This document shows, one piece after another, positions 37,358 through 57,625 of a stretch of DNA of 64,000 bases. This stretch comes from the human T2T-CHM13v2.0 reference genome, Homo sapiens, in assembly GCF_009914755.1 (NCBI RefSeq), contig NC_060926.1; one strand, given 5' to 3'. The notes under the pieces were generated by a model that saw only the letters and a list, made by a program, of their open reading frames with translations, did no database searches and was not told the origin of the DNA. A program made the translations under genes and the position numbers. Each line of letters starts with the position of its first letter. The first letter of the stretch is position 1.

Positions 37358-39100
37358 AGATATAGGACATTTTCATCACCACAGAAAGTTGCCTTAGGTC
37401 CCTTTGTTGTCATATTCCTTCCCCCAACATCCTGGCAACCACTGAGCTGTCTTCTATCATTATAGTTTACCTTTTATATAGTTTCATACGAATGAAATCA
37501 GATAGTACCTAGTCTTTGGGGTCTGGATTATTTTACATAGAACAAAGCTTTTAAGATTCATCCAATTTATTGTAAAAGTAGTTTGCTCTTTTTATATAGC
37601 TGAACAATATTCCATTTATGAATACATCACTATTTATCTATTCAACCATTGATAATTGTGGATACTTTCCAGTTTTTGGCTCTCATAAATAAAGCTACTA
37701 TAAAAGTTTGAGTACAAGTGTTTGTATGCACATACATTTTCATTTCTCTTAGGTAAATACCTAGAAGTGGAACTGGTAGGCAAAAGAGAAGCATATATTT
37801 ACATTTATAAGAAACCATCAAACTATCTTCCAAAGTGTCTGTAACATTTTGCATTTCTACTGGCAATATATAAGAGTTCTTAACCTACCCTTTGCTGAGA
37901 TTTCAATTATATGCATGTTACACAGCTTGATATTGGTCCCAGAAGTCACTGAGACTCTGTTCATTTTTAATTCCAGTCCTTTTTCTCTCTACGCCTCATT
38001 TTTGATAGTTTCTATGTCTTCAACATCACTGGAATGATCTTTTCTCAATTTCTGTGAATTTTGGTCTTAATTCTAAGCTGGTGTAAGATGTCAATACACA
38101 AATACAGCTGACTGACCTGTTCTTCCTACCTCATTGTCTAACCTTCTGTAAATCCTATCCAGTGCATTTTTTCATTTCATACATTTTACATTTCTAGGTT
38201 TCCTTTGGGCTGTTTTTACAAATTCCTTTTCTCACATCATGCTCAGGTTTTCCTGTACTTCCTTGAAAATGTAAAGCATATTTATAATAGCTCTTTTAAT
38301 ATTCTTATTTGCTAATTTCATCTTTTTTTTTCATTTCTGGGCCGTTTCTATTGATTGATGTTTTCTCCAAGTAAGAGGTTTTATCTTTCTGCTTCTTTAT
38401 GTGCCTAGTAATTTTTGATTGGATACAGGATATTGTGAATTTTATGATGTTGAGTTGCTCCATTTATTATATTCCTTTAAATATTGCTGAGTTTTTTTCT
38501 GGGATACAGTTCAGCTACTACTAAGAATCAGTTTGATTTTCTCAAGGCTTGCTTTTAAGCTTTTTTAGGGTGGGTCAGGGATGTTGCTCCCATTACTGAA
38601 GCAATATCGTTCCGAGGGCTTCACCTCAGGAGGTCTTTCTATTCTGAATAGTGGGAACACAAAATATTCTCAGCCCTGTGAGTTCTGAAAATTGTTTCAC
38701 CTATTCCCTTTTGGTGGTTCCTTCCCCAGTCTTGGGTAGTTTCCTTGTATTCTGCACATATCAGTATTCAGCCAAAGACTTTAGATGATCCTTCTGTTCA
38801 TAGCTCTCTCCCTGTGCAGCTCTCTCCTCTCTGTTATTCCACCCTACACATTCTAGCTACCTTGCCTCCCCAAATTGCAAATGCTCTCTCCTCAAGTTTG
38901 GGTTTCCTATTTCTGTACTTAAGCCTGGAAACTTTCTTCAAGCAGTAATCTGGAGCATCTTTAGTGTTCCCTTTGTTTCTTTCCCATTCCTAGGAATCAC
39001 TGTCCTATGCTGGCTGTTGTCCAATGTCTCAAAACTGTTGTTTCATTTATTTTATCTGTTTTTCTAACAATTTAAGACACAAGGGTAAATACAGTCCCTG
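37358..39100 (-). mobile_element. Antisense old L1 fragments (a left piece is at about 35245-35375)
   Basis: Reverse-complement L1M 3' UTR-like sequence (aaagctactataa...aggtaaatacctagaagtggaactggtagg) followed by T-rich L1 sequence. Confidence 0.7.
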
Positions 39101-39487
39101 TTATTCCACCACTAATGGCAGTTAAAGTCCTGTACATTCTTTTAATGTTTATCTGAAAGAATAAGATTTCATCATTTTGTTCATATTTAACTAGTAATGT
39201 AGAGATTTGAAATGAAGCTAACATGTAAACTTCATTTTGAACAATGGAAAGGATCAAATAAAAGAAGCTATGAAGAAATACTTTTTTAAGCCATAAAATA
39301 CTATGACTCATAATCATGCACCAATACAGTCAATTACTATTAGAAAACAGAACAAAATACTACTAGGAACAATGCACCTAAATTAACAAAGCAGCCTAAA
39401 AAGCAATTTGGTTGTATTTTCAAAACTTTATTAAAACTCTTAATAAGCTATCCACAACCAGACTTCTGGCAACCTCATTAAAAGTCA

Positions 39488-40340
<853 letters not shown>

Positions 40341-41293
40341 GTAGCAATGAATGAAGTGAAGTAGGTCTATCTGTAACATTATTTCTAACATATTATATCC
40401 TTGGATAAGTAATCTTTACCTCTCTAAGCCTCCATTTCTCTAAGTGAAATTATTATTATTCCTAAAGAGCAGTTGTTTTGAGGAATAAAGAAGTTAAGAA
40501 TAAATGCAATCTGTGAATTCTAAAACATTACACAGATTAGAAAGTTACCTTTGTGTTATTATTTCTCAAAAAGTAACAGGTTAGTGAACCTAAAGCAGAA
40601 TCAATGTTCACAGTGATAATCATCTCTTCACAGTAAATAATCTTAGATATAAGAATATACATTTCTCAGAGGTCTCAAAGTGACTTTCAATTGAATGGAA
40701 ATAAATTCAACTATCAAAGATTTTTATTTTTATCCAAACTGGGTCTTAAGCAATTGAAGGTACTCCCTATTAACCTAGAATGGTTTACAGAATGATTCCT
40801 GTCTTAATTTCTGTGAATTTCTGTCTTAATGCTAAGTTAGTATAAGATTTCAATGTGCAAATATACAAGACGGACCTGTAGCTATAGATGATTTTAGCAT
40901 TTCACAGTCAGATATTATATCAGAAGAGATGATGTTGATGAAAACAGTCTAATATAATGAGGCTGTGAAAGACTGAAGTTTTTCCAAAATACAGCCAGAT
41001 TCTGCCAAATCTAAGACACCATCGTTTTAAAAAATGTACCATTACTTTACATAGCAGTATAAAAGAATTAAAATGCTGCCAAATATTATGACATTTCATA
41101 CAGAATTTCAGAAAAATCCCAGTTTTAAATAAAATGTGAAAAAATGGGTAACAAAATCTTCGTAATAATTATTTCAGATCATAAGGATTTGAAAAAGATA
41201 ATGAAGGCAAGCACTGATGATACTTGCAAACAACTAAATTGGACAGGTATAAATAAATGAAATGTCCTTGTGTTTCATCAAAGTACAAAATAA

Positions 41294-41622
<329 letters not shown>

Positions 41623-41682
41623 AAGGACACATAAACTAAAACTCCTTGTAATTAAAAAAAAAAATTACCCTTCAAGAGCTTT

Positions 41683-41821
41683 CTAAAGAAACATACTCCT
41701 ACTTCACCTGTTATGAACAGAGCACAAACCATTAAATGGATAACTAAGATTGTTACTATCTTTTAATAAATATTTAATAAAAAGCTATTTCATAATCAAT
41801 GGCAAATATTTGGAAAGAGGA
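41683..41821 (+). repeat. Dispersed direct repeat, copy A (copy B at 43643-43774)
   Basis: Shared CTCCTA.TTCACCTGTTATGAA(A)CAGAGCACAAACCATTAAATGGAT...AATCAATGGCAAATATTTGGAAAGAGGA. Confidence 0.92.
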
Positions 41822-42209
41822 AAACTAATCTATTGCTAGAAAATAGCAGCAATCATTCTGCAGAAGATTAAGTGTCTGGTTATATTTTAACTGTCTTTTG
41901 CCTGCTCATACTATCCTTAGTGCATTAGGGCATTACCAAATAACGAATCAAATTGCCATTTACAAGTCAAGACAAGGAAAGCTATTTACAGATAGGCAAT
42001 AATTCAGAAAATACATTTTCTTCAGAACTACTACTTCATAGCCACTGCTTCATACTCTTTTGTTAATGACCATGACATAGTTTGCTATATTTAATACTCT
42101 ATATATATGATAGCTAAGAATGATATAATTTACATAACACAAGTGTCAGTTCTTGACAACCCTTGATTTTTAATTTCTCTACTTATGCACTTGATTAACA
42201 AGTCAATAG

Positions 42210-42277
42210 TCACTAATAACTGCAACTCATCATCTTAATGAAACATCACTAATAACTGCAACTCATCATCTTAATGA
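42210..42277. repeat. 36-bp-period tandem duplication
   Basis: TCACTAATAACTGCAACTCATCATCTTAATGA occurs twice. Confidence 0.95.
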
Positions 42278-42790
42278 TACTTATTTGGGTCTCTGAGATC
42301 ACTCTTTATAATTAATATATAAGTGAATCCTTAAAACCTGATGCTTAACTATTCTGTTTCAGTCATAATTTAAGAGATAAACTTGGCAGCAGTTAGAAAA
42401 AGAATGGCTTATTCCAAAAAGTGGATAATTAACAGAAAGAATAAAGAGGGACAAGGAAAGGGAGGGAGGAGAGAAAATGACGTCAGAGCACCTCTTCAGT
42501 GAATACACATAACAGAGAAGTCCTTATTAACATTTTTCTTGATTTCATTAAGCAACATTCAAGAGCTGGATTAGAAGCCCTCTCCACGCAGAAAGTATCT
42601 AACATATTACAACTTTCCCAGATTCTAGAGTTGAATCAACTGCTAAATTAAAAATTGAGATCATTACAAAAAACCCACAAAATATTATCACATGCTGTAT
42701 ACCATGTGGAAAACATAAACTCCAGTTGATTATTATTTAAAAGACATCTTTGCCTACACATGAAACTTGTTAGTAAAGAAACCCACTTAC

Positions 42791-45256
<2,466 letters not shown>

Positions 45257-45403
45257 TAAGACATGTTCATGCAAACACATATTTGCTACCATTTTATTTT
45301 AAAATAAGCTTAGCACTGAATAATATAAAAAGTATTCAAACACTTTATGATAGAGTGCCTAGTATGATGCGCGAATCCTGTGAGATAGGCAAACTATTTG
45401 TAA

Positions 45404-46143
45404 CAGTGGTCCCCTCTTTTCCACAGGGGACACATTCCAAGGCCCACCTTGGATGTCTGAACCATGGGATTAGGAACCTGATTGCTGTCAATGGGAACTT
45501 GTTTCTGTTCATGCCTTCTACTCACAAACTTAATGCCTTTTCAATTTTAACTAGGCACTTATCACATACCATGGCCATGATTTTTGTAATTTGCGATGGG
45601 ACAGCAAAACTAACACAAATTCCTTTTTCCTTCTTCATGATTTCAGACAGAAGATTTGTTCTTCCTGTAGATCTCAGCAACTTTGGCATATGATATTATT
45701 TCTTGCCTTCTTAAGTTGAGAACTTTCTCTTCTTCACTTAAAGGAAGCACTTTACAGCTTCCCTTTGGCATATCCAAATTGCCAGAATCACTACTTTTGC
45801 ACTTTGGGGCCAGTATGAAGTAAAACAAGGGTTATCTGAACATAGGTGCTGCCACACTGCAGCAGCCCATCTGATAACTGAGACAGATGGTGACCAAGTG
45901 ACTAACAGACAGGTAGGGTAGAAAGTGTGGAATCACTGGACAAAGAGATGATTCTCATCCTAGGCAGGACAGGGCAAGATGGAACAGGACAGTACAAGAT
46001 TTTATCATGCTACTCAGAATGTTGCACAATTGAAAACTTATAAATTATTTCGGGAAATTTCCATTTAATATTTTCAAATCACAGTTGACCATTGGTAATT
46101 GAAACTGCAGAAAGCAAAACTGCAGATAAGGAAGGGACTACTG
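45404..46143 (-). mobile_element. MER44C/Tigger7-like DNA transposon
   Basis: Terminal inverted repeats CAGTGGTCCCCTC... / ...GGGACTACTG+TA; minus-strand ORF 45643-45828 APKCKSSDSGNLDMPK...KVLPLSEEEKVLNL...SYAKVAEIY is an HTH-like transposase N-terminus. Confidence 0.82.
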
Positions 46144-46639
46144 TATTCTTCTTCATACCTGTAGAAACTACAACTCGAAAAAGGTTAAAAAAGTTTAAAG
46201 AAATTACTCTGGACACAAACCTAGAGTAGCTTAATGAGAACGCAATCTCTAAATGCAGCATTCTTTCAATTATGTAACACTGCCTCACATGATTTGTGGC
46301 CTAAACCACAGATCAAGCTTCAGCTCTATTTAGTTAACCTTCAGTAGAATATCCGATTTCATTCGTCAAACATCTTTGAAAATTCTGAAAGAATTTATTG
46401 GCACTTGTAAAATCTGAAGTTCAAATTGAAACATAAACTTTAACAACATTAAAATATAAAACATTTATTTAACTACACTGAGCCTAACATAAAGTTTCAA
46501 GTAATTTAACTAAGCTAACGTAAAGGCACAGTTACCAAGTGATTTACATATAAACATTATAATAATCTTGCTATGTCTGGCTTATTAAATGCATTAATTA
46601 AAAACTTATTTCAGAATAGTATGTATTAAAAGTAAATAC

Positions 46640-46745
46640 CTTTAGTGCACTAAGAACAGCAGTAAATATGTTAAGCTGCACAGCCTGCTGGCGGACACCT
46701 TTAGCTTGTTTAACACATTCAGCAAAGTGATCCAACATTTGTAAT
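46640..46745 (-). CDS. HEATR5B: HEATR5B coding exon (window exon 11; 106 nt, 2->0)
   Basis: gttatag|A ... AAG|gtattt; [35 protein letters not shown]. Confidence 0.96.
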
Positions 46746-47318
46746 CTATAACAATAAGAAAAAAAAATCACATTAGTGACAAATTTTATTCCAATATGGC
46801 TCAAAAACGGATAAGAAGAGTACAAGTTAATTGTTTAGCAAATAATTCCCCATGCTATCTCTTTTCTATTTCATTCCCACAGCTAGTCCAAACCAGATCT
46901 CCTTCTCCCAAAATATTATATGGACATGCGGTTATTAAATGGAACAAGAAAAGAGTTTCAATTAACAAAATAAGGTCACAATTGCAGTGGTCTTCAACAT
47001 TAACAGCACTGTCCAACAAAGCGCCTGGCATCTAGTAGACGCTCAAGGTTTCTTGCAAAGATAACAATCATTAATTATGTATCTCCGTGGAAGATTTTTA
47101 AGTTAGAAAATTTTAAATGTAGTATAATTCTTTTTCCTATTTTAAAAATACTCTTAGAATAGTACCTCATGTCCTAGCCTCAGAAGCTTTTGGGAAAGTT
47201 CAAAAAAGATTTAGCTTTGGCTAATTTTTTTAAATGTAAAAAACCAGAAGTGAATTGTTTTTTATATTAATAAAAAAGAATCAGTTTATTAAAAAAAAAA
47301 AATCCATGGCCATCTTAG

Positions 47319-47919
<601 letters not shown>

Positions 47920-48200
47920 CATTTCAGAAGATTTTGATAAAAAGAGAGTGAGAGAGCATTCTTCTAAAAAGAAATGATGTGAAACAAAGGAATCCAAGGA
48001 AGTTGGATTTAGTACTAAGACAATTATGACCTCAAGTTGGTAATAAAATCTCCCTGAGGTCGCTGTAAGGATTTAAAGCTCAATTTATACTAGTCTACAG
48101 GTCTCAGGTCTCAGGTCAAAGCATTATTCAAAACTCATATGAAGATACAGATTCAGATGTACGTGTATACATGCACATTTTGATGTACTTTAAAAAATTC

Positions 48201-48270
48201 TTAAAAGTAAGTAAGTACCTTTTGTGCACTAAGAACAGCAGTAAATATATTAAGCCGCACAGCCTGCTGG
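48201..48270 (-). repeat. Intronic partial duplicate of exon 11 and its donor site
   Basis: 48219-48270 matches 46640-46691 at 49 of 52 nt; the donor-side intron is also copied. Confidence 0.95.
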
Positions 48271-49576
48271 TTGAAAACCAAAGTAGGATCACTTCTTGCT
48301 TTTTACCTTTTTAATTTAACATTGTATCATGAGCATCTTCTATCAAAACACTGTCTCTACAAAAATGGACTTTCTATTATTTATTCACTTATCCTCCTAC
48401 TGTTGAATATTTATGTTATTTATTATATGTTTATATTTTTAATAGAATTTATTTATTTATACTTCATCTTATTCTGTAAAAGTGATCATACAGAATTGAG
48501 ATAATCCTGGATTTCAGTTATAGCTTTCATAACTAGTTGTATAACCTTGGGTAAACCAAACTCTTAGATATGGATGTCCTTAAGATTTAAAACCAAAATG
48601 TTGAAATAGATGCTTTATAAGATTCTTCCACCTTTAACATCATTTAACATTTATGTGGCAACCAAATGTTCTTAAAGATATTTGGGTAAAGTTTCATATT
48701 TAAACTTTTTTCTCCTCAAATTAAAAAGCAATTAATCAAGCAACCTACATATTAAAGACATTTTTTATTTTGTAATTTTTGTAGAGATGAGTGTCTCACT
48801 ATGTTTCCCAGGCTGGTCTGAAACTCCTTGCCTCAAGCAATTCTCTTGCCTTAGCCTCCCAAAGCGCTGGGATTGCAGACATAAGCCACCACACCAGACC
48901 CAACAATACTTTTAAGGCATTTTAATTTTGTAAAGCTTTTAAGTTATCTGTGATGGTCTTGTATTAATTCATTTCTGTTTTCCTTTTGGGAAAATCACAA
49001 TATACAAACTGCCTACTAAAGCTAGGAATAGTGTCTGTGGATACAGAATATACCAAACCAAAATGCTTCTATTACAAAAAGAACCAATTATGTTAGTTTC
49101 CAAGTTCTAGACTTGAACCATCTCACAAACGTTATTAGTGATTGGAATTTTCATCCATTTACTTCCTCAACAACAAAGTCAACAGGCTTAGCAAACTGAT
49201 GTCCTTAATTTAAGATATAGTCAAAACCTATGTATGAACTATCAAACAAACTATTATAATGCATTTTTTTTTTTGCCAACAGTTGTCATTCTAGCATATA
49301 TAATGAAAATTTTGTTATAAAATACAGTCCACAATACAACAGATATCAGATGCTAGTACACAGGGTCAAATCTTACATAAAGTCTCAAATTATGTGCAAT
49401 TTGCATGCAATTTTTTTATCATGTATCTGTCACTTACATTAGTAAATCTGTAAGAGTACTGTTTTAAGTATTATAATAACTCACTTTATTGCAGAGTTAA
49501 CTGGGATGAGAAAATCTACTTTTCGTTTAACATAATATATATTTAACAAAAATTACCTGATTGACTTTATACTAAC

Positions 49577-49752
49577 CGGTGTTTATAAGAAACATGAGGA
49601 AACACTACACCAAAAAGGGCCACAGAAGCATCAATGACTGAGACTCCGAGAGGGAGGGGACCAGGTACTGCTTCTCCAGCAGGTATGCGTAAATAAATAG
49701 AGGAAGGATCATGCTCCAGAGCCCCACTTCCAGAGGCACTGTTTGGCTGGAG
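49577..49752 (-). CDS. HEATR5B: HEATR5B coding exon (window exon 10; 176 nt, 0->2)
   Basis: tttgcag|CTC ... CG|gttagt; [58 protein letters not shown](R). Confidence 0.96.
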
Positions 49753-50453
49753 CTGCAAAAGAGTGAAATAAAAATTATTCAAAATCTACTTTAGGAAATC
49801 TACTTATTAAACATTGGGAATGAGGATTACAGCAGAGGAGAAAGGAGAAAAGGCAACAAAAAAAGAATGATTGGATCCGAACATTTGAAAACAGACCAAA
49901 ATGTAATTTGGTCATTAAAAAATCATCAGTAACACCTTATACAAATTTTAAGAAAAGCTTTATTCATTCGAAAACATATTTACACCACCCACCTTATTGC
50001 GTGAACAATATACACAAGATCTTAATCCCACAATTATTTTAAATGGGGCTTTAATCACTCTTTAAAAAGTACATAAGAAATAATGTATTCAGTGGGCAAA
50101 AGTTCTAAATCTTCAACCTACTAACTCATTCCTCTCCAACCTGTCACAAAACAAAACAAACTAAAACAAAACAAAATACCAATAACCAAAAAGCCAGTTA
50201 AAACTGATCTTTATCACAGCCACCACAAGGTATCTAAATACACAGAATATTAAATAAAGACAATTTGCCAAATTCTCACTCTTCCTGTTTAACTTTTTTC
50301 ACTATCTACCACCAGGATGCCATCTTTAAGTGTCTAAGAACACTAAATGGGGATTAAACCTTTCTATACACTATTTTCTTTTTAAGTGACAATGTGTAAT
50401 AGGACCATTGTTTCAGATTAAGTTAGTATTTCATTTTCCTCTATGTTTATTAC

Positions 50454-50617
50454 CTGGTCTTCAATTGATTTATGATCAGTTTCCTGAAGCCAAGAACCAA
50501 GAAGAACACTATCATCATAATGGCAGAGGGATCTGAGGAGGGAAGTAGTTGTGTTGGCTGAGTTGTCAGTCAAAGTGAATTCCGCTACCAGTTCTCTAAG
50601 AAGTGCATTAAAAGATC
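50454..50617 (-). CDS. HEATR5B: HEATR5B coding exon (window exon 9; 164 nt, 1->0)
   Basis: ttttttag|GA ... CAG|gtaata; [55 protein letters not shown]. Confidence 0.95.
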
Positions 50618-51209
50618 CTAAAAAACAGAACTTCAGATCAGATTAAAAAGAATAATTTTTGTGAAAATTATAATCATTGCCCACAAAGAGCTGCAACATG
50701 TTCAACAGGAATAAAATAATTAAGTCTCTGTTCTCTTCTTTAAAAAAAATCTATATTTAAATGCTGGTTTTAATATACAATAATGGTACTTCCTTTCATA
50801 TATTGTATTGTGTCTTTTAGCCCAAATTATTTAAAATAACCAAAAAACTCAAATAGAGGAAAGAGAGGCGGGTGCCATAGCATGCTTGTAGTCCCAGCTA
50901 CTCAGCAGGCTGAGGCAGGAGGATTGCTTGAGCCCAAGAGATTGAGACAAACCTCTGCAACACAGCAAGACCCTGTCTGAAAGACACACACAAACAAAGA
51001 TACTTTATTTTAAATATATTAAATGTGATATGATTATTATTATTTATTGCCCAATAATGTACAATGAACCACAGCACACCAAAATTCTTTGGCATGATTA
51101 TACTGGAAAGAAATCAATAGTTTATTTTACTATTAATATTTTACATAATATTTGATTTCTCCCTCCAGATCCTCGAATTATTTGCTATATTACAGTATAT
51201 AGGAAGCAT

Positions 51210-51450
51210 TTCAGTGTATTAATCAAAAGTGCACACTTTGAAGATAAACCAGCTAGATTTGAATCCAAGCTCTGCCACTTAACTACCTCTAAGTCTTGGG
51301 TAAGTTAAGTTTCTTTAAGTCTCTCAATCTGAGATTCTTCATCTATAAAATAGGGCTAAAGGCCTCATAAGTTGCAACACAGTCAAAAAGCTAATACAAA
51401 AGGCTGAAAACGAGACCCAGAACACAGTAAGGAGTCAACAAGTATCAGCT
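51210..51450 (+). mobile_element. MIR
   Basis: gatttgaatccaagctctgccacttaact...cttgggtaagtta...ttcttcatctataaaatagg. Confidence 0.75.
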
Positions 51451-51587
51451 ACTCTACATGAAGAAAAATAAAATGGTGGCCTTCCTTTGCACAGTAAGTC
51501 AGTGGGAGAGCCTTTGTCAAGACTCTATAATACGGTGAAGAATTGTAAAGAAAAATTTTTATCAGATACCACAAATTTTTAATTTAC

Positions 51588-51697
51588 CTTCATAAGTTTT
51601 TGGAGGTAACAAAGCCAAGATATCATAAAGTCTTAAACGGACCATTGCAGCACTAGCTTTCAGATGAGCTCCATGGGCTTTCATTACAGATGGAATG
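51588..51697 (-). CDS. HEATR5B: HEATR5B coding exon (window exon 8; 110 nt, 2->1)
   Basis: attttag|C ... G|gtaaat; [36 protein letters not shown]. Confidence 0.95.
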
Positions 51698-52024
51698 CTA
51701 AAATATCAAAAACATAGTTGGTAATGGCTTACCAGAATAAGTATTACTTATAAATTTTTTTAGCAATGTATCAATGTACTGCCAAACTACACTGATAAGT
51801 ATACACTTTCATTTTAGCTTATGTTGTGATCTTTGCTGTAACAAAAACACTTTAAGATACAACTGTATTTCAATCCACACCATTGCTGTAATTTTTAAAG
51901 TTATATTACAAAAATAAAGTTTTATGTTTCCTAGATGATTCTAGAAGAAAGCACAAAATATGGCTGAGAAGTATATTATTAATATATAAAATAGGATGTG
52001 AACTTGTCTCAATCGCTTACTTAC

Positions 52025-52124
52025 TGTGACATCATAGTCATGGCACATTCAATAGGGGTCATCAATTTTCGAATCACATCTTCAGTTAGTAGCTCAGGAC
52101 AATGTGCAACGAAGCTCCTCATGG
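52025..52124 (-). CDS. HEATR5B: HEATR5B coding exon (window exon 7; 100 nt, 1->2)
   Basis: tatctag|CC ... CA|gtaagt; [33 protein letters not shown](H). Confidence 0.94.
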
Positions 52125-52421
52125 CTAGATAAAATGTTTAAAAGGACAGATTTGGAGTAGCTTTTGTGAACATGAATTAATTTATAAAATTGTATAAATA
52201 TAAAGGCAGTTGTAATACTTAATTATTATAACGTATAAGGTTCTGAAACCATGTCGAACCAAAAGAAAAACTTGCAACAACTACAAAGAAAAATCGTGGA
52301 AAAGGCTAGAAAAAAGGTGGATAGAAAAATGGAGGAAGAGAAGGTACTGGTTAGAGAGATTCTTCGGGTGGAAATTCAGAGGACTATGATCCCATAGGAA
52401 TTCAGATGACTACAAAGAAAG

Positions 52422-52483
52422 AAATTTTAAGGCATTGTTTATACACATATACATTTATGTGTATAAACAATGCCTTAAAATTT
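52422..52483. repeat. Perfect 28-bp inverted repeat, 6-nt loop
   Basis: AAATTTTAAGGCATTGTTTATACACATA-tacatt-TATGTGTATAAACAATGCCTTAAAATTT. Confidence 0.97.
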
Positions 52484-52530
52484 ACATGAAATTTTTACAT
52501 ATATTAAATATATTTTTGCAACTTTTACAG

Positions 52531-52896
<366 letters not shown>

Positions 52897-53709
52897 ACTA
52901 CATATATTTTTGCATTTTGAATTTTTACATATATTTGTGTAAATATATATGTATATAAACAAAAATGGTCCAGTGAGAAAAAAATATTTTTATTGGCCCC
53001 TTAGCAATAGAGCCTAGACTAAAACACCTCCTAGATGTGTGAGAGTAAAGGTGCCCCCTTGCCTGGCTGCCCTTGTGGTGAAACATGTATCTCTCTCCCA
53101 GTTTGGAAAAAGAAGTAGTTTTCACTCTGAGATAAACCAAAAAAGAACTGGTACATCCAATGTCATTCTAGTTATCAAACGAAACAAAACCTGAGCGTTT
53201 CCTGTAAGCTGTTAACTCCCAGACAAAAACAACTGTATCCGTTATTTTTGTAATGTTGATATCTGAAAAATATATGAAGGTTTGGAGATTTGATAAGGAT
53301 GTGAAAAAACAGCTGTTTCTCCATTATGAAAAGACTAACTGCAAATGCCAATAACTTTGGTAATCCTGAGTTTCTTTTTCTTTAAATAGCTGTTGGGTAT
53401 TTTTTCTTTTTTTTATACATGGTGACTCAGTGCTTCTTTGACAGGTAAGATAGCAACAAGTGGGAATAAGAGGCCTGGGTTCTAGTTCCTGTCTAACCAC
53501 CAGGTCTAAACACTTTTTCAGAGTCTGGGTTTCATTTTTATTACAAAATTAGCAAACTGAAGTGGATCATTTATAAAGTTTCTATTTAAATCTAAAAGCC
53601 TATGAATTTATCATTACCTAGTAAAATAAAAAACTATAAAATAGTGATTTTTCTTTTACTTTACAAATATTTTAGTTATGTCATAATATTGTGAAGCACA
53701 ATCCTTTCA

Positions 53710-53916
<207 letters not shown>

Positions 53917-53958
53917 TTACAAACAAGTGTCAAGCAAAATGAGCCCAACACAAACTTT

Positions 53959-54045
53959 ATGTAATTTTAGAGATGAAAATAGAGTAAAATACTGATGTTT
54001 AACAATATCTGTTATTTCACTCTATTTTTATCTCTAAAATTACAT
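53959..54045. repeat. Near-perfect inverted repeat with ~38-bp arms
   Basis: ATGTAATTTTAGAGATGAAAATAGAGTAAAATACTGAT ... ATCTGTTATTTCACTCTATTTTTATCTCTAAAATTACAT. Confidence 0.93.
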
Positions 54046-55058
54046 TATTTTCAACCTTTATTCACTGATTAAAATATAGATCAAAGCATAACAAAATTCA
54101 CCTTAAACTGTCAATATTTTTAGAATCCAAACATAAAATACACAAAAAGCAATTTTTAAAGGATAACCCAACTGTATTGAGAATGGTGGATTGCATATTA
54201 TCAATAAAATATATCTGAGACACATTCTATGAGGTCTTTTTCATATACATATGTATATAAACAAATATACCCACTCACACACACATACAGATACATATTC
54301 CTTAGTTTTGGGGGCAATTTATGTGGTTAACTTAGTTTCATGGAAAGGCAATATATTCAGACCTAGGAATCTATATTTACATTGCTAAAAAATTCATTTA
54401 ACATACCACTGAACATACTTAACATAAACTTCTGGAAATGAGTTGCAACTTTTTGTTTTCTTCAGAAAAGAAAAGTAGGTCAAAGTATAATTTCCAACAG
54501 ATAGATGCTTAGATCTGTGTCATAACTTTGTAGTACATATATGCACACACTTTTTACAGCAGCAGCTAAACATATGAACTAAAATGTGAACATACCCCAT
54601 CACAATAATAGGTATTTTTGTACTATGTACAATGTTAAATTTTGCCTACAATGCAGATTTGTCACACTACTTAAGAGTGAAACACATTAAGGGTTACCCC
54701 AGAAAAGCAGCACTAACAATACCAATTAAATGTGACTTTACCACTCTTCTAAAATCACACTGCTGGTTTTCACTTAGGGTATGAAATTTTCCCTCATATT
54801 TTCATCTCTTTTAAACACTAAACTCATCAGGTAGACAAAGGTTATTCTGATGGTAAAGGTGAAACTTTGCTAACAACTTTCTCATTAAATGTACTTAAGC
54901 AATAATTACCAAAAAGAGAAATCTACTAGCAAATGACGAGGAAAACATCTTTACACCATTTTTACAACTTCAATGAAAATCCAGAATGTGAAGCTTAACA
55001 CTTTTAAATTAAATTTGCTTTACAGGCTACTGACAGTTATAGCGTGACAAAAATCCTA

Positions 55059-55232
<174 letters not shown>

Positions 55233-55265
55233 TTAAATAAGGAAACAGATAACTAGCATACATTA

Positions 55266-57625
<2,360 letters not shown>

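Noticed and set aside
45283-45828. 136-aa and 61-aa ORFs
   Set aside because: Lie largely within the MER44/Tigger7 element; short transposase remnant only
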